This document shows, in pieces, positions 12,093 through 19,875 of a DNA stretch of 64,000 bases. Numbering within the stretch: position 1 is the first letter of the stretch; each line of letters opens with the position of its first letter. The stretch lies in the NCBI RefSeq assembly GCF_963921235.1, contig NW_026948140.1:620001-684000 (forward strand), given 5' to 3'. A model generated the notes under the pieces. That model ran no database searches and was not told where the DNA came from. It saw only the letters and a list, made by a program, of their open reading frames with translations. Both the position numbers and the translations under genes were made by a program. The stretch is from Mobula hypostoma (taxonomy: Eukaryota).

Positions 12093-14303
12093 TTAGGCCT
12101 CGTTTAGGCCGTTAGGGGAATGCCTCTGCAGTCTTTCAATCCATCTCCTCTCTGCTCTTTTTCTTTGGATGTTTGACCAGTTTATGTTGGTTTCCAGGCC
12201 CAGGATTGCTTAGGAGTACATTCCATGCTCCAGGAAGTGCCTACTAACTGGTCTGTTTTGGTTTCTTTTTGTGATATTACTGAGGTGTCCTGTGAGTCTG
12301 GTTCTCAGGCTGTTGCCTGTCTCCCCTATGTATATGATATGGCATTGTTTACACTGGATTGCATATATTACATTCTTTTGTTCGCAAGTTATCCTCTGCT
12401 CTATCTCAGCCCACTTCCCTGTAGCTCTGTTGCGTATGCTTTTTGAAATTCTGATGTATATGCACGCCCTGCAATTTCCCACCTCGCAGTTTGGCGCTGT
12501 TCGTACTTTGGTACTGACTAGTATGTCTTTTATGTTTCTACCCCTTTTGAAGGCTGAAACTATGGTGTATTGTCCCAGTGTCCCCCCCTTCCTCCTTTAG
12601 ATTTTCAAAGTGTGTTTTGACTGTCTTGTGGATATTCACTGCCATCCCACTGTATCCTGTTATCAAGGGTAGTTTCTGTGTTGTGTTGTCCCGTGGTCGG
12701 GGATTTGTGATACTTTTTAAAAAGTCAGATTTGATGTGTCTGAGTCTCCATCTGCTGTAGCCCCTGTGTCTAAGTGCAGAGAAGAGGATAGTAGTGGCTT
12801 GGTGGAAGTCCTCTGCCCTGGTGCAAATGTGATGAAACCGGATCAGCTGTCCTTTGACAATGCCTCCGAAGGTGTGTTTGGGATGGTGGCTCCCGGTGTG
12901 TAGGAGGGTGTGTGTGTGTCTGTGGTTTTAAAGAATCGTTTGGTGGCTAGTTTCTGGCTTCCATTTTCTGGTGCTTGTTTAAATACCGTAGTGTCCAGGA
13001 AGTCAATTTTCTCCCTATTTGTTGTGGCCTTAACCTTAATGGATGGATGATGAGTGTTTAGGATTTGAATAAATTCCTCTAATTCTACCTCTGAGTGTGT
13101 CCACACTCCCCAAATGTCATCCAGCTATCTATAGAGACACATGGGTTTCTTGGGGCACTTTGGATAAACAGTTTCCTCCCATTTTGCCATGTATATATTG
13201 GCAGAGGCTGGAGCAAGCTTCTTTCCCATCGCTGTGCTCTTGACTTGTAAGTAGAATTCATTATTGAATTCAAAGTCATTTTTAGTTAGGCTGAGGTGAA
13301 GGAGTTCTATCAAGGCCTCGTCTGGTCTCTCTAGCTGAGGGTTCTCCCGAAGGATATCCCTCGCTGCCTCTATACCCCTGTCCGTTTCTATATTGGTGTA
13401 CAGGCTTTCAATGCCCATGGTGAAGAGTATGGCCTCAGGGGGCACTGACATGGAATTGACTATCCGGACAAAGTGGTACGTGTCCTTGACATAACTGGAG
13501 TGTTTCTGCGATAGTGGGTTAAGGAAGGCATGAATGTATTCTGCTATCCTGTATGACTCACTGCCGCAGTCTGACACGATGGGCCTGCCGGGTGGTATTT
13601 CTCCTGGAACAGTCCATGAGTCTGGGTTCTTGTGTATTTTGGGGAAAATATAGAACTTTCTTGCTCGTGGCTGTATCTCTGTCAGGTACTCCACCTGCTT
13701 CTTCCCGAGGTATCTAGTCCTTTCTAGTTCTCGCAGAATGTTCCTGATTTCTGTGTGTGTTTCCCAGTATATGGGTTCCTTTAGTTTAGTGTAGTGCTCC
13801 GCATTGTTTAATTGCCTGTGTGCCTCAAATAGATATTGCTGTTTGTCCATGATCACTATGCTGCTCCCTTTATCTGCTGGTTTGATAACAATATCCATAT
13901 TTTCCCTCAACTTCTTCAGGGCTGCTCTGTCCTTCCTAGTTAGATTGGGTTTATCCTGTACCTGTCTCTCCCTCTCCATTATCTCATCCAGTGTGCTCTC
14001 AAATGGCAGGACCGCTTCTGACCTGTACCTCCTCTTGAGCATCCAGTCTGAGGCTGGGGTGAAAGGGGTCTTTCTACGTACTGTCTCCCCAAAAAAGTCA
14101 ACGAGTACCACTCTCCTGTAGAACTTATCCATGTCCCCCTCAATCTGCTCCTTCTGGAGTTTTGCAGTCGGTACAAAAGTGAGGCCCCTGTTCGGAACCT
14201 TGTGCCGGGTTTCTGTGGGGATGAATGTACGAGAGAGGTTCACGACGGTCTCTCCCAGTCGTGGACCCTGCCTCTCTCGGCTTTGTCTCCACTCTAGTTT
14301 AAA
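12093..14303 (-). pseudogene. PLE ORF2 copy 3: RT + GIY-YIG (disrupted)
   Basis: Open from the ORF1 junction to a TAG in the catalytic motif (13125-13127). Further frameshifts follow and there is a stop at 12210. Same motifs as copy 1. Confidence 0.93.
14297..14303 (-). promoter_or_regulatory. Candidate -1 ribosomal frameshift heptamer U_UUA_AAC (also 3644-3650, 9554-9560, 16809-16815)
   Basis: ORF1 frame reads TCT TTA AAC TAG; the -1 frame TTT AAA CTA GAG is the RT frame. Identical in four copies. Confidence 0.75.
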
Positions 14304-15114
14304 GACTGCATCCACCTCTTGACTATGGTCAAGGCTGTATTTTCTCTCCAATGGATGTGGTCTGTGTCTACCTTAAACTGCCTCGCCGGGATTGCAGGGA
14401 TATAATTCTTAGTTTTAATAACCTCATTTAGTTGGCCCAGGGTTGCTTGTTCTGCCTCTGTCAAACAGTGGCTAAAGTTCAGCTCTGGGAAATTTTATAT
14501 GGGTCATTCTTAATAGTTGCTGAAGCTGTTTAGTCGCTGTTGCTGGTTGATGTGACCTATTGTTTATTCCAAAGGAAAGGATAACCTTCTTAGTTTCCAG
14601 TTGTGGTTCTAACTTTGTCAGGATAGCAGTGGGATGGGTGAATTTGGCTCGCGGAAAGCTGTCCAATTGAACATCCTTATTAGGGAATCTTTTGATCCTG
14701 GAAATGTTAGAGTCCCCTATAATTAGTATAGGTTTAAGGGGCCTTAGTTCCCAAGTTACATTTTTCTGTTTAGAGTGAGGATGCCTGGTTATTTGACCCT
14801 CCCGGTTGCTGCAAATAGGGGTTACCTGTCGTCTTGTTTGTCCCATGTCCTCCGACTCTCGGGCTGCGTGGTTCCCTAGGGTGGAAGACTTGCTCGGTCC
14901 ACGTGTACTGGCATCCCTAGTGTGTGTGCCCATCCGCACTGGCGTGGGGTGGGGTGCTGATTCCTCGGAGTCTTGGGTCGGGGAGGCCATGGGAACGGCG
15001 GGCTGGGGCTCCCCTACTCCCAGGTTGGATTGCGTCTTCTCCAAGAGGCTCATGGGTGGGGAGGGGCTCGCCTGGCGTCTTCTCTGTTCCTGTGGCTGGG
15101 GCACTGGGGCTACA

Positions 15115-15322
15115 TCGGCGTCGAGTGGGTTAACTAGTTCCAGCGCCCTCCCGTGGACGGTGCCGGAACTCCCACTGTAAGTGTCGGTGCTGGGAAGACT
15201 AATTAGCTGCTTCGCCCTCTCGTGGACGGTTGCTGAACTCCCACTGCAGGTGTGGGCGCTGGGAGGACTACCTACCTCCAGCGCCCTCCCGTGGACGGTG
15301 CCAGAACTCCCACTACACGTGT
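15115..15322 (-). repeat. 69-bp (23-aa) coding tandem repeat in ORF1, 3 units
   Basis: TCSGSSGTVHGRALEVGSPPSAH / TCSGSSATVHERAKQLISLPSTD / TYSGSSGTVHGRALELVNPLDAD. Boundaries approximate. Confidence 0.85.
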
Positions 15323-15552
15323 TCTCAGGACCTTTTGGTCTGAGACAGTCCCGCAGCACAATTACCGGACTCAAGTTCGTTTTACTCGTCGCCGACGGAC
15401 GGGGTGCAGCTTGAGCGGTCTTTTTCCGGGGCTCGGGTGTGATACGGGTCCGATCACGGTTGACCCAGAAGCCTTCCCTGGAGGTGGAGGGTCTGTTCCC
15501 CTCTCCCCCTTGGGATGCGGTTTCCATTGTCCGTGCGGTCATTGTGGCCGCA

Positions 15553-18060
15553 TTAGGGTGAGGGTTAGCGTTAGGATGCGAGTATGCGGGCAGTGGGCAA
15601 AATATCCCTCCAGTGTTTGTGGATCTCGTACTGGAGATGCAGTATCACTTTACCCTGCCACTCTGTGTTTGGCCCACGTCATCATCATCTCGGTCCCCAA
15701 CTTTCCTTTACTGGGATCTTTCTCCTCTTCAACCTCCAGTCTGGAGTTTAAGATACAATTGTGGAATTATTGCCTATGGTTAATGTTTTGGATTTGGGGC
15801 CTTTTTAATAGGGACTGGGTGCTGTGATCTGGGGTTTGTGCGGTAGCTAATTGAGGGGTGTTGTGGGGAGGGGCATGCCCGGGGGTATAGTTAGGTAATG
15901 GAGGTTGAGGATTCACGGCGAAGGGAGGTGGGGTCGGGTGGCAATTGGCATTTCGGGGGTGGGGGTGTCCCCTGCAGTAGGGGGAGGGCTGAAATAGGAG
16001 CCTAGCTGAGCTGGAGTGTTTCTGCAATAGTGGGTTAAGGATGGCATCCATGTACTCTGCTATCCTGTATGACTCACTGCTGCAGTACGACACGATGGGC
16101 CAGCCGGGTGGTATTTCTCAAGGAACGGTCCGTGAGTCTGGGCTCTTGTGTATTTTGGGGAGGGTATAGAACTTTCTTACTCGTGGCTGTATCCCTGTCA
16201 GGTACTCCACTTGCTTCTTCCCGAGGTATCTAGTCCTCTCTAGTTCTCGCAAAATGTTCCTAATCTGTGTGTGTGTTTCCCAGTATATGGGTTCCCTTCG
16301 TTTAATGTAGTGTTCCGTGTTGTTTAATTGTCTGTGTGCCTCAAATAGGTATTGCTGTTTGTCCATGATAACTATGCTGCTCCGGTTATCTGCTGGTTTG
16401 ATAACAACATCCATATTTTCCCTCAGTTCTTTCAGGGCTGCTCTCTCCTTCCTGGTTAGATTGGGTTTATCCTGTATTTTTCTCTCCTTCTCTATTATCT
16501 CATCCAGTGTGCTCTCAAATTGTAAGACCGCTTCTGACCTGTACCTTCTCTTGGGCATCCAGTCTGAGGGAGGGGTGAAAGGGGTCTTGCTAAATTCTGA
16601 CTCCCCAAAAAAGTCGACCAGTACCAATCTCCAAGAGAATTTATGTCCCCCTCCGTCTGCTCCTTCTGGAGCTTTGCAGTTGGTACAAAAGTGAGGCCCC
16701 TGTTCGGAACCTTGTGCCGGGTTTATGTGGGGATGAATGTACGAGAGAGGTTCACGACGGTCTCTCCCAGTCGTGGACCCTGCCTCTCTCGGCTTTGTCT
16801 CCACTCTAGTTTAAAGACTGCATCCACCTCTTGACTATGGTCAAGGCTGTATTTTCTCTCCAATGGATGTGGTCTGTGTCTGCCTTAAACTGCCTCGCCG
16901 GAATTGCGGGGATATAATTCTTAGTTCTAATAACCTCGTTTAGTTGGCCCAGGGTTGCTTGTTCTGCCTCTGTCAAACAGTGGCTAAAGTTCAGCTCTGG
17001 GAAATTTTATATGGGCCATTCTTAATAGTTGCTGAAGCTGTTTAGTCGCTGTTGCTGGTTGATGTGACCTATTGTTTATTCCAAAGGAAAGGATAACCTT
17101 CTTAGTTTCCAGTTGTGGTTCTAACTTTGTCAGGATAGCAGTAGCATGGGTGAATTTGGCTCCCGGAAAGCTGTCCAATTGAACATCCTTATTAGGGCAT
17201 CTTTTGATCCTGGAAATGTTAGAGTCCCCTATAATTAGTATAGGTTTAAGGGGCCTTAGTTCCCAAGTTACATTTTTCTGTTTTGAGTGAGGATACCTGG
17301 TTATTTGACCCTCCCGGTTGCTGCAAATAGGGGTTACCTGTCGTCTTGTTTGTCCCATGTCCTCCGACTCTCGGGCTGTGTGGTTCCCTGGGGTGGAAGA
17401 CTTGCTCGGTCCTCGTGTACTGGCTCCCCTTGTCTGTGTGCCCATCCGCACTGGTATGGGGTCGGGTGCTGATTCCTCGGAGTCTTGGGTCGGGGAAGCC
17501 ATGGGGGCGGCGGGCGAGGGCTCCCCTGCTCCTAAGTTGTATTGCAGCTTCTCCGAGGGGCTCATGGGTGCGGAGGGGCTCACCTGGCGTCTTCTCTGAT
17601 CCTGTGCCTGGGGCAGTGGGGCCACATCGGCGTCGAGTGGGGTAACTAGCTCCAGCGCCCTCCCGTGGACGGTGCCGGAACTCCCACTGTAAGTGTCGGC
17701 GCTGTGAGGACTAACTAGCTCCCTCGCCCTCTCGTGGACGGTTGCGGAACTCCCACTGCAGCTGTAGCCGCTGGGAGGACTCCAGCGCCCTCCCGTGGAC
17801 GGTGCCTGAACTCCCACTACACGTGTTGTTCTCAGGACCTGTTGGTCTGAGACAGTCCCGCAGCACAATTACCGGACGCAAGTTCGTTTTACTCGTCGCC
17901 GACGGACGGGGTGCAGCTTGAGCGGTCTTTTTCCCTGGGCTTGGGTGTGATACGGGTACCGTCACGTTTGACTCAGAAGCTGTCCCTGGAGGTGGAGGGT
18001 CTGTTCCCCTCTCCCCCTTGGGATGCGGTTTCCATTGTCCGTGGGGTCATTGTGGCCGCA
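15553..18060 (-). mobile_element. PLE copy 4, internally deleted derivative without L1
   Basis: Same deletion junction as copy 2 (cctagctgagctggagtg, ~16001-16018). Esterase-like motifs IGDSN, DSFPGA and FGINN lie in 16984-17868. Confidence 0.88.
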
Positions 18061-18687
18061 TTAGGGTTCGGGTTAGGATGCGAGTATGCGGGCAGTGGGC
18101 AAAATATCCCTCTAGTGTTTGTGGATCTCGTACTGGGGATGCACTGCCACTTTGTTTTTGGCCCACGTCATCATCATCTCGGACCCCAACTTTCCTTTAC
18201 TGGGATCTTCCTCCTCTTCAACCTCCAGTCTGGAGTTTAAATTACAATAGTGGAGTGATTGCCGATGGAGAGTGTTTTGTATTTGGGGCCTTTTTAATAG
18301 GGACTGTATGCTGTGATCTGGGGGTTGTGCGGTAGCTAATTGAGGGGTGTTGTGGGGAGGGACATGCCCGAGGGTATAGTTAGGTAATGGGGGTTGAGGA
18401 TTCACGGCGAAGGGAGGTGGGGTGGGGTGGAAATTGGCATAGCGGGGGTGGGGGTGTGCCCTGCAGTAGGGGGGCAGGCTGAAATAGGAGCCTAGTTGCT
18501 GGTGATATTGGGCGAATTTGGCCCCTTGATGGGGTAAGGGCTTGGGTTTATGGGGGTGTGTAGCAGGGTTGGAAATGTTAGGTTTAGGGGTAGGGTAAAG
18601 GCCTGTTATTTAAGCCCTTTAGTGTGGTGTGGTTTGGGTTATTTGGGGTGCTGTCCGGTTTAGTTGGGGTGCGCGGTCCATTGGAAA
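18061..18687 (-). mobile_element. PLE 3'-terminal fragment (pseudo-LTR-like), ~630 bp
   Basis: Colinear with 10670-11307 and ends at the same ggaaa|tta site. Confidence 0.8.
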
Positions 18688-19550
18688 TTAAGGTTAGGTT
18701 GAGAGTATGCGGGCAGTGAGCAAATCAGCCCTCTTGTGCTATTTGATCTCCTCACTTGAGATTCAATTTCACGCGACCCTGCCACTTTGACCTCGCCCAC
18801 GCCTTCATTAACCAGGTCCAACAATTGCCTTTCTCGGATCTTGCCCCTCCTGGCAAAGGTAATCGGGTTTGTGGGGGTGTGGCTAGGGTTAGTCGGGGTG
18901 TGCCTAGGGATTGTGGGGGTGTGGCATGATCATCGGGATGTACCTAGGGTTTGTGGGGGTGTGTGCCCCCTTGGACTTTAGGATTAGGTTTGAGTGTTGG
19001 GCTGGTGGATGTATATGTGTGACTGGGAGAGATAAGGCTGCAGAGTTTGGAGTGGTGAGGTATGAGGTGCTATGGCGCGTAGGCTTGTGTGGTGAAGCCA
19101 GGTGAATCTGGCCCATGCCTTTCGTTATCGTGGTCTGACACCACTTGGTTCAATGAACCGGGTGTGCACTGGGACACATCATCAGTAATGCATCCTCGGA
19201 TCATGGGGTGTTTCGGGTCTTTAATCATTAGACACCCTCCCCGAGGCGACCCAGCTGGAGTTGATCAAGCTCGGCTTGTGATTTCCCATGTACCAGGATA
19301 ATGAGAGGCATGTAACTATGAGGGTAATGATGTTTTTAAACATCATTACCTGGCATCTGTCTGCCTGGGATTGCATGGGTTAAATTGACAGTGTTTAATG
19401 GGCATTCGGTGTCTCTCCATCTGCGTTTAGTGGTGATTTGCTTCTGTGGACCCAGCTTGTGTTTAACTTTCTGGTTCTCTCTCGCCGTTTGGGCATCTGG
19501 GCATTTTTCTTGGCATTTTGTCTACCGGGAGAATGAAGAGCGTGTCACTG
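18688..19550 (-). mobile_element. 3'-terminal fragment of a second, diverged PLE subfamily (V1)
   Basis: Starts ttaaggttaggttgagagtatgcgggcagt. The first ~130 bp are homologous to the terminal module of the main family (gatctc..gagat, accctgccactttg), then it diverges. Confidence 0.65.
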
Positions 19551-19875
19551 TTAGGTTAGGTTGAGAGTATGCGGGCAGTGGGCAAATCAGCCCTCTTGTG
19601 CTTTTTGATCTCCTCACTTGAGATTCAATTTCACGCAACCCTGCCACTTTGATCTGGCCTACACCTTCATTAACCAGGTCCAACACTTGCCTTTCTTGGA
19701 TCTTGCCCCTCCTGACAAAGGTAATCGGGTTTGTGGGGGTGTGGCCAGGGTTTGTCCGGGTGTGCCTAATGTTTGTGGGGGTATGGCATGATAATCGGGA
19801 TGTCCCGAGGGTTTGTGGGGGTGTGTGCCCCCTTGGACTTTAGGATTAGGTTTGAGTGTTGGGCTGGTGGATGTG
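19551..19875 (-). mobile_element. Shorter second-subfamily fragment (V2), direct repeat of 18688-~19020
   Basis: Colinear with V1 and cut off at atgtgtga|aactcc by the satellite. Confidence 0.7.

Larger units (their letters stand above)
14294..15542 (-). pseudogene. PLE ORF1 copy 3: repeats + SGNH/GDSL esterase-like domain
   Basis: 356-aa frame containing ILIIGDSN, DSFP(R/G)A and VILSFGINN. After a frame change near 14485 it continues PELNFSHCLTEAEQATLGQLNEVIKTKNYIPAIPARQFKVDTDHIHWRENTALTIVKRWMQSLN*, which includes the DxxH block. Confidence 0.85.
11308..15552 (-). mobile_element. PLE copy 3, near full length, with ~430 bp deleted from the 3' UTR
   Basis: Starts (TTAGGG)3...ttaggatgcgagtatgcgggcagtggg, jumps at ~11363 to the equivalent of ~726, then is colinear with copy 1. 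Confidence 0.88.

Noticed and set aside
19117..19185. Hammerhead ribozyme on the minus strand (CUGAUGA ... CGAAA)
   Set aside because: Stem II does not close next to the cores and stem III is followed by AG rather than UH. No canonical hammerhead was found by eye anywhere in the array, although a covariance search could still find one.
18688..19875. Two ~325-bp direct repeats around a ~530-bp core as a miniature LTR element (TRIM)
   Set aside because: No TG..CA ends, PBS, PPT or TSD were seen. The repeats are homologous to the PLE 3' terminus and fit tandem truncated copies.
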